In this document: positions 1-9,895 of the stretch, one piece after another
How positions within the stretch are numbered: position 1 is the first letter of the stretch
How the letters are laid out: the number at the start of each line of letters is the position of its first letter
Assembly: GCF_018350175.1 (NCBI RefSeq)
Contig: NC_058382.1
Span: 60,638,001-60,698,000 of the forward strand
Origin: Felis catus
Lineage: Eukaryota
Reading direction: 5' to 3'
DNA length: 60,000 bases
Notes under the pieces: model-generated
The model's database searches: none
Seen by the model: only the letters and a program-made list of their open reading frames with translations
Told to the model about the DNA's origin: nothing
Made by a program: the position numbers and the translations under genes

Positions 1-128
1 GATGGGGCAGACGGCAGAGGTGCGGTCCCACGGCAGGGGAGGGTCACCAGGGGTGGAAGAGGCCGCCTTGTCTGGGAGGAGGAGGGGCACCGCCAGCCCC
101 CTGCAGGCAGAACAGGCGCCATTAATTT
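1..128 (-). CDS. SNAI3: SNAI3 coding exon 2 (partial, truncated by window edge)
   Basis: Pyrimidine tract plus ctag acceptor, then (E)INGACSACRGLAVPLLLPDKAASSTPGDPPLPWDRTSAVCPI. Confidence 0.92.
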
Positions 129-1161
129 CTAGAAGGGAGGAGGGAGAGAGAGAGCGTGAAAGTGGACATGAGCCCCCACACTCTGTCCTCAGACTTGCCC
201 TTCTTGGTGCAGCCGCAAGCCTGTGTTCTAGGTCATCAGCAGTTCTGCACGAAGGGGAAGGGCTGGCGAGGCCAGTGTCAGTGCGGGAAGTGACCACAGG
301 GTCTAGAGGAGGGGCCTCAGTTCTTTATTGTTATGATTTTTCTAAATGTTTATTTTTGAGACAGCGCGAGCGGGGGAGGGGCAGAGGGAGGGGGGCAGAG
401 GATCTGAAGCCGCTCCAAGCTGAGAGCAGAGAGCCAGATGGGGGGCTCGAACTCAGCAACCTGAGTTGCCCTGAGCCGAAATCAAGAGTCAGACGCCCAA
501 CGAACTGAGCCACCCAGGCGCCCCCTCAGTTCCTCTTTAAAAGCAAAGGAAATGTCTTACAGGATCCCAGAATAGCTCTCACGGCTGACGGAGGCCCCCC
601 TATTGGCCCGGCAGGACAGGCCTCCCTGACCCCCGCCCAGCCTCAGGCCCAGCTCACAGCAAAGCCTCACCAGCCACCCGCAGGCGCGAATTCAGAGCAG
701 ACATTTGGCGGTGGGCCACCATGTGAAGACAACTGATTAGCCTCCACGCACCCCCATCACCCCCCGCCCATGGTGATGTGAGTGCCAACGCTCCCGGGTG
801 GCTGGATGGCTGTCCCCGGTGGTGCCACACGGCCTCCAGGGGCAGCCTGTCCCCAGGCCGTGGCTCCCGGATTTGTGGGCCAGCATGCCTGTGCCTGACC
901 AGATGAGCGGCAGGGCCCCAGGGTAAACAGTCTGGCAGGTAGGAGTTACGCTCTGCCTTTTCCCCGAGCCCCAAATCTCCAAACAGCCCCCAACCCGTTT
1001 CCTACTCCAGATGTGTTGAAATAAATCTCTGGTCCCATTTCTGCCTTCATGCCAAGGCTTTGGGTAAGAAAGAACCCACAGAATGGGAGAAAATATTTGC
1101 ACATCATGTATCTGTTAAATCGATGGCATCCAGAATATACAAAGAATTCTTGCAATTCAAC

Positions 1162-1207
<46 letters not shown>

Positions 1208-1444
1208 TGTGTGTGTGTATATATATATATATATAATATATATATACATATACATATAAGTTGTGTGTGTGTGTGTGTGTATATATATAATTTTAAAATG
1301 GGCAAAGGATCTGAATACACATTTCTCCAAACAAGATATACAAATTACAAATGGCGGGATGCCTGGCTGGCTCAGTCTGTAGATCATGTGACTCTTGATC
1401 TCAGGGTTTCAAGTTCAAGCGCACGTTGGGCATAGAGATTACTT

Positions 1445-1507
<63 letters not shown>

Positions 1508-3426
1508 ACACAAATGGCCAACACGCACAGAAAAGATGCTTGCCATCATTAACCATCAAGGAAATGCCAATTAAAGCCACAGCGAGATACTGCTTCGTGC
1601 CCACTAGGATGGCTAGAATTACAAATAGCCAATTACAAGTGTTGGTGAGGATATAGAGGAGTGGGGACACTTAAGGAAACTTCCCACCTTCCGCTCTATC
1701 CTGACCTCACCCCTAACCTAATCCCCCCAATTATAAAGCAGCATGCCAACTTTCTGTCCTCCTGGAAAGAGGGACTGGGCAGTGTCAGGCTAAGAGACAA
1801 AGTCCAAGGAAGTTCTGGAGAGAGAGGCTTGGGATGCCCAGAGAGCCTAGGACCCCACTTCACTGGGGGCTTTCTACTAGGAAAAACAGTCACCTCTCTT
1901 AAGTCTCTGAGACTCAGCCACCACCCTGGCTCCAGAGCCAAACCCGGTCTTGGGGGCTGGGGGCCACCCCAGAGAGAAGGCAGGGGAGGGCCGGCTGTGC
2001 CTGTGGCCCTGATCGAGTGCTTCTGCTGGCCCTTCAGATGCGTCCACACACCCTCTGGGGCTGTTGTAACTCAAATTCCTGGGAGAAGAGACTTTCAAGG
2101 CCCCTCCGCTTCAGGGGCTCCGTGGGGGGAGGCCTGAAAAGGCACTTATTTGAAAAGAGAGAGGGAGGGGCCCCAGACCCAGCACCTCGGTCTATCCTAG
2201 GGCAACATCCTGGTAGCCTCAACAAGCGGGAGCCTCGTCCCTCATCCGAAGGGGGGAGGAGACGAGCGGAGGAAGCGGAGAGTGCTGGAGGGCTGGGCTG
2301 CTCTCTGACACTCTCTCATGTTCAAAGAGTAAAGTGGGGGGTGCACTGGGTGACTGGGCTCTAAACAACAGGTGTTAAGCTTTAACAACCAGGCTCACAT
2401 AAACTCCCATTTCCCATCACGTATGTATCTAAAATGAAAGTTTCCTTTACCCGAGCACTGCATTCGGATGCCTTCCGTTCTATTTCATTTTGTGAAATTG
2501 TTTTCAAAATGCAGAGTTCGGGACCCCAGTCCTAGAAGGCACCCCCTGGAGGCAGCGGCCTTGGAAAGGATCAGCGGGGTGCCCTCCACTCCTGGGCCTC
2601 CTCCAGGTCCCTTCTCCCCTCTCCCCCTGAGCTACCCAGCAGTTCCTGGGGGGGGGGGGGTCTTCAACTCAGGGGCTGTGAGGTGAAGGCTCTGATCACT
2701 CTCTAGAGGCCTTTGTCCCGGGACCTTCTCGTGCCTCCAGGACATGGGCAGTCCTGAGCCCTGACCTGCGTCTCCCTGGGCCACCTGGGGGGAGGGGGGA
2801 GGATTGCAGCCCCTCAGCCCAGCCTGCCCTGAACAACCTCCACTGGGGTGAGGGGTGAGGGGGGGAAGGTGACCGAGGGAGCAGTGAGGAGGCACCCGAG
2901 GGGCCTGGGGGAAGGCTCATGGGCTGGGCCTTGGCACACACAGCCCGCGGGTGTCTTCTGTTTCCCTCTGGATGCTCTGGAGGAGCCGTTGGACAGCAGC
3001 CCCAAGCCTCCCTCCGTCTCTCTCCCCACCCATCCCTGGGACCCCTCCCACACCTCCAGCACCAGGAAGATGGCTCCAGGGTTCCCTTAGCTGGGATGGG
3101 TGCGCCAGGCCATAGGGGGAGAGCCCCCAGACTGACTGGGGGCCTGGAAACTTCTCTTAAGTGGGGAGGGAATCCCCGCCTGCTCTTCCCGACGCGAGGC
3201 GGAGGCCCCCGACGTGGACAAGGCGCTCGCAGGCCTCCACCCACCCGGGGTCTCGTCCCCGCTCCGCTGGCTGGCGAGGTAACTCCTCTCCCCCGGCCTG
3301 GGACGGGAGTGCGAGCCGTGGGCGGGGCTGGGGAGCCGGGCAGTCCCTACCTCTCTGCGTCTCCAGCTGCCTGTAGTTGGAGACCCTGTGGCTGGAGTGC
3401 GTTTTCACCAGGAAGGAGCGCGGCAT
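1..3426 (-). CDS. SNAI3: Snail family zinc finger 3, 5' part (exon 1 3426-3351, exon 2 from 128 off the window edge)
   Basis: Spliced translation MPRSFLVKTHSSHRVSNYRQLETQR/EINGACSACRGLAVPLLLPDK. It begins with the SNAG motif and matches the recalled SNAI3 N-terminus. The phase-1 GT-AG intron spans 3350-129. Confidence 0.95.
335..524 (-). mobile_element. CAN-SINE (tRNA-derived carnivore SINE)
   Basis: Reverse complement begins GGGGCGCCTGGGTGGCTCAGT and has a CT-rich body and A-rich tail; CCTCAGTTC on both flanks (putative target-site duplication, TSD). Confidence 0.9.
1164..1289. repeat. Compound (TA)n/(TG)n microsatellite
   Basis: Directly visible alternating TA and TG runs. Confidence 0.95.
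1355..1460 (+). mobile_element. Short CAN-SINE inserted in the L1 fragment
   Basis: GGGATGCCTGGCTGGCTCAGT...GTTCAAG...poly(A); ACAAATGGC repeated on both flanks (TSD). Confidence 0.85.
1460..1504. repeat. (TA)n microsatellite at SINE tail
   Basis: About 22 TA units following the poly(A). Confidence 0.95.
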
Positions 3427-3950
3427 GGTCCCCCTGCGCGTCCGCCGGGCGCCCGCGGGCAGCGCAGCCGGCAGGTGGCCCGAGGGTTGGCTCATTAGCA
3501 TAGCGCGCCGCCTGGGCCAACCAGCGCGGGGCGCGGCCGGGGCGGGGCTGCGGGGCGGGGCTGCGGGGCCACGCCCAGGACAGGTGCGCGGGCCGCGGGG
3601 GAGGGAGCGCGTGGCCGCCGTGTCCTCCCCACGGGACTGCCCTGGCGCGCGCCGCGAGTCACACCGACCCCTGGGGCCTGGCGCACCCACTCGCCGTGGA
3701 CTAAAGGGCGGAGGTCAGGGCTGGGTGGAAGCCGCGCCGGGCTCCAGTCCGCACGGCGGTGGAGGCGCGCGCAGAGCCCTTGCCGCAGCTGGGTACACTC
3801 GCCCCACCTCCTGCTCAAACCCGCAACGGTAGGATTGGTGAGCACGAGCCCTGAACTCCACAGCCGACCCAGCTGACCGGCCAGAGTGGTGCCGGGGGCG
3901 GGGGTCCCCCGGCCTGGGGGCGAGAGGCCTTTCCCAGGGGAAGAAGGCTG
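3150..3950 (-). promoter_or_regulatory. SNAI3: SNAI3 CpG-island promoter
   Basis: CpG-dense region around exon 1; GGGGCGGGG boxes at ~3539-3560; CCAAT on minus (ATTGG 3834-3838); CAGGTG E-boxes at 3472 and 3581. Confidence 0.75.
3351..3426 (-). CDS. SNAI3: SNAI3 coding exon 1 (SNAG domain)
   Basis: ATG at 3426; MPRSFLVK...ETQR; AG|GTAG donor; 76 nt. Confidence 0.95.
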
Positions 3951-4444
3951 GGGAGGGCTCCTTCCCTCCCGGGACAGCGCTCCAGGAGGTGGCCCAAGCT
4001 TCCAGGAGGCTCATTTGGCGGGGAGAAAGGACACAGCCTGGAATTCTGGGATTGCAAGGGGTTCCGACCCACGGTCATGGGAAGTTTAGTCAAAGAGGGG
4101 GAAGTGCGTGCGCTCTGCCCAGTCTATGACCCTGGGCAGCCATGTCCCTCCTGTGCGGCAATGACGCGTTCGAGCCACGTCCGAGTGTACGCTCCCTTTC
4201 GGTGTGGACGCTTCAGGAGTTCAGGGGTCAGACAGGGCATTCCCTGGGCGAGTGGACGCAGCACCGAGCCTGTCCCCGACAGCTGTGGGGCCTTTCCATG
4301 GCTGTGTGCTGGCCGGCCTGCCTGCCTGCCTGGCAGTGCCATTGAGGTCCAGGTGCCATGTGACTGTGGGCTTGGGCGAGGTGAAGTTGATGGGGACCTC
4401 TGGAGGAGCGGAGGGACAGGGCCGTGTCACACAGTGTCTTAGGT

Positions 4445-4495
4445 CCTTACAGTTTTGCAGATGAGAAAATGGAGGCTCTGAGAAGTCAGGAAGCG
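4445..4495 (+). mobile_element. MIR core fragment
   Basis: TTTTGCAGATGAGAAAATGGAGGCTCTGAGA resembles the MIR core. Confidence 0.55.
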
Positions 4496-7400
4496 GGGGC
4501 ATGGGGACCCAGGCCCACATTGCCAGTCACACACGAGACATGTGCCCCCCTGTCTGCTGCTGGGTGAGAGCATGGGAGGGCAGGTGGTGTGCGGACGGAA
4601 GGCACGCGTCTCTCCTGTGGGCCACAGCCTGGCACCGTGCTGGTGTGTGTGTGGATTTCAGAGGACACGTGGCTGCGTTCTGCTTATTCACCTGTTCCGT
4701 GGCCTCGCAAGCTTTCTATTTATACCTTCTCTTCCTTCTTTCCCCTTCCAGACATAGATAAGGCTTGCAGATACCTGGGCCAGCCCTTCACCCACACTGT
4801 CCCTCCTCACCGGGTCACCCACTGTGTGGCCACCAGCCAAGATGCCCTCCCTCATCCCCAGAGAGCTACTCACACTATTTAGGGAAACTGGCGTGTTCCT
4901 AATCTCATCCCGGAAATGCCTCTGGGATCCCAAGGGTCCTTGGAACAGCTTTGGGGGACGGGTTGCAATAGTAAGTGACCCCACCCACTTGTCAGCCCTC
5001 CTTGGGGTCATGCACACTCACTGGCTGGGACTCACAGTGTTGTGTCTGGGCTGGACCCAAGGAGGACCCACAGAGGAGGACCTCAGTGTCCACACCTGTG
5101 CAGTGCTGGAGAGGGGCGTAGCTGTCCCCACTCATTCTTGCTTCCCGTCCTTCTGTCCTCATCCTGGCCGCCTTACCTCCCAGTGAAGCCTCACATCCGC
5201 CCACCCACCCACGCACTCCCCACTGGCCTCCCAGAACTGCCCCTCTTGCAACCAGAGCAGGACTTGCAAGGACCAAAGCCCTCTCTTTCCTGAAGAAATC
5301 ACTGTGCTCTTCCCTTGACACCTAGGACCTTGGGGATGACAGCTGGCCCAGAGCCAGGCTGTCGGCCCCGCCCACCTGCCTGAGCAGCAGCTTCCAATTA
5401 GGGTAGGCACTTCCAGGGCCACAGATTTTACAATTCTTCTTAGTCTCCTTGTATGCGTGTGTTCTGTACTCTTTGCCTTCCAAAGAATAATTCAGTAGTG
5501 GTTGACTCCACGTATGTATCTCCATTGCGAGCTCACATTGTAGCTGATTTGGTTTCACGACCCAGTTCGGAGGGCCCCGCACCCTGTCAGACTGCACCCC
5601 GCGAGGGGGGCCAGGTGGGAGCCAGCCCGTGCTCCTGCACAGTGCCTGCCTGTGGCACGTGCGCGGTGGACTCCCGCGGTGCTTGTTGGAGTAGATGGAA
5701 AAGCACCGAGAACCCCCCAAAGAGTGCGGCCCCTGGCACGCCCATCCCTGGGGGTTGGAGGAGGGTTAGCGTCCGTGCCCTCGGGTGCCATCAGGTGCAC
5801 GAAGCCCAAGCCCCAGGGACCAAAACTCTCTGAGCGCTGCTTGCGGCGGGACCTCACCGCTGGGGCTCGGGACAGATGGCCCCTCGCCCTGGGAGCACCA
5901 GCCCCTGCATCAGTGCATGGAGCGTTCTTTGGGGGGGGGGCGTGGCTGGGACATCCTGACCTGGGGCAGCCTCACAGCCACCCAAGCTCATGGCCTTGTG
6001 GAAACTCAGACCGAACGCTCAACCTCCCAACGTCTGGTTGGATCGGTGACCAACCGATGGAACCAGCGAAGGGGGACTCACAACTAGTTTTGAGGCCTGA
6101 TTGTTAAAGCTGGTGGTGGTTCTTAACCTGGGGTCCGGTGGACACATCCCCTGTGAGATGAGGGCACTGAGGGGGGATGCTGTCCCTTCCCACACAGCTT
6201 ATAGGACACGCAGTAGAGTCCTCGACGCCTTGGGGCATGCCGGAGGATTGGGTGCTGGGAGGGGTCCTAGGGGCTGGGGCGGAAGGATGGAAATGAGTGG
6301 GGGGCCGAGCAGGGGTGCACGTGCGGGCTGGGCTGTGTCCTCACAGCCCGTGTGTGTGCGTGTGTGTGCACACGTGTCTGTGAGGCCCCAGGAGCTGTTC
6401 CCGTGTGACACAGGCATCGGGCATCAGCAGGGTGCCGAGGGCCTCAAGGGGAGCAGTCCGTGGGGTCCTCAGCAGGGTTCCCAGCTCTGCCCCCCCCCCA
6501 CCTTCTCTCTGAGGTTCTTGTCTGTCCGCAGGCTGGATCCAGCCCCTCGTCCCAGCAGGTTGTTGGGACGTGGGCGGTCCTCTGTCACAGGGAGGGTCTG
6601 GACCCCTGCCCCCCACCCCCCAAGCATCCACACGTCGGCAGGCCACCAGGGGCAGAGGCCAGTGAGGGTGGCCTGTCCTCGGAGGCCCTCAGGAGGGACG
6701 TTGCGGGCAGCTCAAACCTTCACTGCGACTTGCACCGAAGGCACCAAGCCCCACGGGCCGGACATGCTGGGGGCGCCCAGAGGAGCCTGCCGGGTCCCAG
6801 GTCCCAGGCTCCCTGGATCAGGCTTTCTGGAAGCCAACAGCTGCAGGGCCTGGAGTCACTTCCAGGCACGGCCCGAAGGAGCCAGCAGTGGGTCTTTGGG
6901 GGCCGAAGCGCCGCCTTCTGCTGGTCTGGCACACTGGCCGCTGTGTCCAGCACGACGCCTCTCTGGGCGAGGTCAGGGCAGGGGGCCCAGCTCTCCAGGG
7001 TGCTCGGCACCCTGGGACCAGGTGGTGGCTACGGCACTCTCTGGAACTCCGGGAGGCCGCCGAGGACAGGCGTGAGAAGAGTGACAGGGCTACAAGTCCC
7101 CGCTATGTGCAGGCGATGCTCATCCTGTCTGGGCCCGCACTGGAGACCGGCCGACCGACGCCGTGGGCGCAGTGCTTGGGCCATCGGCTCCCGCGAGGCC
7201 CGGATGAGAAGTGCGCCAGTTCCTGGGAGTGCCTTCCCGCGGGCTGCCTTCCTGACAGAGAAGGTCGTAGGTCCAGAGACGCTTTCTAGGCCACGGGGTG
7301 CGCTGGGGAACGTGCACCATGAAGGCGCGGGGGCGCCCCGGGCCTGGGGCTGCCTCCCTCTGTGTGGCAGTGGTGGAGATACACTCCGGGGGCGGTCGGC

Positions 7401-8250
7401 CCTTGCGCTGATCAGGGTGGGAGGGAGACCATGACTTCCAGGAACTCTTGGCCTGAAGCGTGTGTGTGGCGCGAAAGCCCCGGGGGCCTGGCGGGACAGC
7501 CCCGCCGCACGTGGGATTCACGCAAAGTACAAGGGAGGCCAATCGTGCTGTGGACTTAAGCCGGAGCGTCCCCTCCCCGACACCGTGGGGTCTGCTGACA
7601 CGTGTTCCTGTGTCCCGCGTGCCCTGTTAGGGTTCACTCTGATGCTCCCCCCTGGGCAGACTATCCTGGACATGAGTCCCTTGGTCGGTGGTGTATTCTC
7701 TCTGGTCCCATGTGGCCTGGGCCTGGGGTGGAGGGGGTTGAGAGGCCACGTGTGGACGCTGTCCTGTGGCTCCTGCGGCTGCGCGGAGGGGGCACAGCTC
7801 CACAGGTGTCCTCGGGTGGAGGCAGGGACTCGTCACCACACCTGCTCCCTGGAACCGGCATCCTTGGCCAGTGGGGTCAAAGAGGGAAGGGTGGGGCTGG
7901 AGGCTCCTAACAGAGGAGCTAGGGGGTGGCCAGCCTGTCACCACTCTCCTGCCGAGTGACCGTTGTGGAGGCTCGTGTGCCTGGCCCTGCTATGGCTCCA
8001 AGCTCGGGAGACCCACCTTCTTAGAAGAACAACCCAGAACCCAGCCCTGCCTGGGGAGGCAGCCTGGAAACAGCCAGGGAGAGGGAGGCAGGAGTGTGGC
8101 CGCACACCGACCACCAGCTGCCAGGACACTGGCCAGCAGGTGGTATTTGTCGGCTTTCAAAGGCCCGAGTGACGTGGGGGACAGCAGGAGCCCGTGGCAC
8201 CAATGGTGGCCCTGAGCACCGTCTCTGGGTGAACATTTCACGTTTGAAGA

Positions 8251-8350
8251 TTTTATTTTTAAATCATCTCTACACCCAACATGGGGCTCGAACTCATGAC
8301 CCTGAGATCAAGAGTCACGTGCTCCACCGACCGAGTCAGCCAGGCACCCC
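8251..8350 (-). mobile_element. Short CAN-SINE
   Basis: Reverse complement GGGGTGCCTGGCTGACTCGGTCGGTGGAGCACGTGACTCTTGATCTCAGGGTCATGAGTTCGAGCCCC plus an A tail. Confidence 0.88.
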
Positions 8351-8879
8351 TTGTTCACATTTAAACGGCTCCTTCTGCCCTCTAGTCACCGAATGACGCT
8401 CTGGGGCCGAGAGCACCAGGCAAGACCAGGGAAGCCACCGAGTGGCAGGAGCCAGCCGTGGGGACGGTGGCTGCTGATCAAGGGCCTCCCAGAGACCCCG
8501 TGCCAGCCGCTGTGGCCACGTCCGGGCCTCAGAGCTAGCCTCAATGAGACCAGCGTGCCGGCCTCAGGGGACTGCATCTCACAACAAGGAAGGAGGTGAG
8601 AGCCACCCGCGCCTAGGGTTGCCTACGTTTGTCACGGGGGACCAGACGTGGTTCAAGAACGAGCACGTGTCTGGGACAGGCCGAAACAGGCTGGTGAGCG
8701 AGCACCTTGGGGTGAGGGAAGCCTGGGGAGGGGCCTGGAGCAGGTGCCCTGAGCGGAGCTGTGTGGGGACACACACACCCCTGCAGACCTTAAACAAGGG
8801 TGCACACCAGCCCCCACCCCACCGTTAATGCTCCCAGATGAACCCACAGATCGAGGTTGCTATAGATGCTTTGAAACGT

Positions 8880-8885
8880 TTTATT
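8880..8885 (-). terminator. RNF166: Candidate distal poly(A) signal of RNF166 (AATAAA on minus)
   Basis: TTTATT on plus in an AT-rich island ~950 nt past the stop; a second candidate lies at 9213-9218. Confidence 0.6.
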
Positions 8886-9829
8886 TACGTTTTTTTTTAA
8901 AAGAGCAATAATTTATGCCGTGAACCGAAAAGAGTGAGATGGCGTCTTCCAGCCCCGCCTGTCGTCCCCTGGGGTGGCCTACACGGTCCGTGGTCCGCTT
9001 GGGAAGGTGACAGCGGGGCCGAGGCCAGGACCCTGGCAGGAGGAGGCCTGCACTGTGAGCAGCCAGGGGGGCACTGGGGGCTTCTTCCTGGCGACTATGA
9101 AAGGGACCCTGGCCACCGTGGTCCTGCGCGCACCCCAGCAAAGCCCCGCGGCCGCGCTAGGGCTCCGAGGTCTGCCCGCCTCTTTCCCTCCCCTGCACTG
9201 ACCCCACCACTGTTTATTTTTGATTGCTTTTTTTTTAAAAAATATAATTCTGTAAATGTTCCATAAAAATACTATTGCCCCTGGTCAAACGCGGGATTGC
9301 GGTTTGTAGAGTAGCTGTTCTATAAAATGTGAAAAGGTTCTCACACTGGGTGACGTAGAAAAAGGCCAGAATCTCCAGGTATCACAAAAGCCAGTACCGT
9401 GCGCGCAAAGGGAAAGCGCTGCCAGATGCCGGCCAGGGCTCCCCTCCCGCGCTTCCCGTGCGGCGGCCAGGCCTGCGGGACGCAGCGTGGGCAGGACGGG
9501 TCTCCGTGCGTACGGGGAGGACATCATGGCTTTGAGACAGACAGACAGACAGTCGACTGCTCCCAGGCCCAACGAGCCGGCCCTACCAGGGCCACCTGCT
9601 CAGCTCGAAGCACCGAAGAAACCAGCAATGCCCGGCCAGGAGCACTGGTGGCCGCCCCGTGAGGACGCGGCCCGGCGGGCTCGGGGGGCCGCCCCTCCTG
9701 CGACAACGGAGGCCCCGCCTGGTCCCCGAGGCGCACTCCCACTCCCACGCAGGCGCTGGGCCTCAGGGAGCCTGCACGGCCCCGTCCCCCGAGGCGGGAG
9801 GGCTCAGGTCCCGGGGCTGGGCTGTGCCT

Positions 9830-9895
9830 TCAGTTCTCGGAGAGAGACAGGGCCAGGGCCGCCTGGAAGGCCGCTTCCTCATCGATGCTGTAGTC
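9830..9895 (-). CDS. RNF166: RNF166 exon 6
   Basis: [21 protein letters not shown]. Confidence 0.95.
   Translation of the reverse strand, partial: DYSIDEEAAFQAALALSLSEN

Larger units (their letters stand above)
1065..1670 (+). mobile_element. Old LINE-1 ORF2 3' fragment, interrupted by microsatellites and a SINE
   Basis: L1-typical strings CCCACAGAATGGGAGAAAATATTTGC, AAAATGGGCAAAGGATCTGAATACACATTTCTCCAAA, CCCACTAGGATGGCTA and AAGTGTTGGTGAGGAT. Confidence 0.85.

Noticed and set aside
1..4000. Antisense lncRNA equivalent to human SNAI3-AS1
   Set aside because: Cannot be supported from sequence alone.
6101..7434. Two 324-aa plus-strand ORFs between SNAI3 and RNF166
   Set aside because: Low-complexity Gly/Pro/Arg/Ala translation, no recognisable domain and non-ATG starts; expected in very GC-rich DNA.
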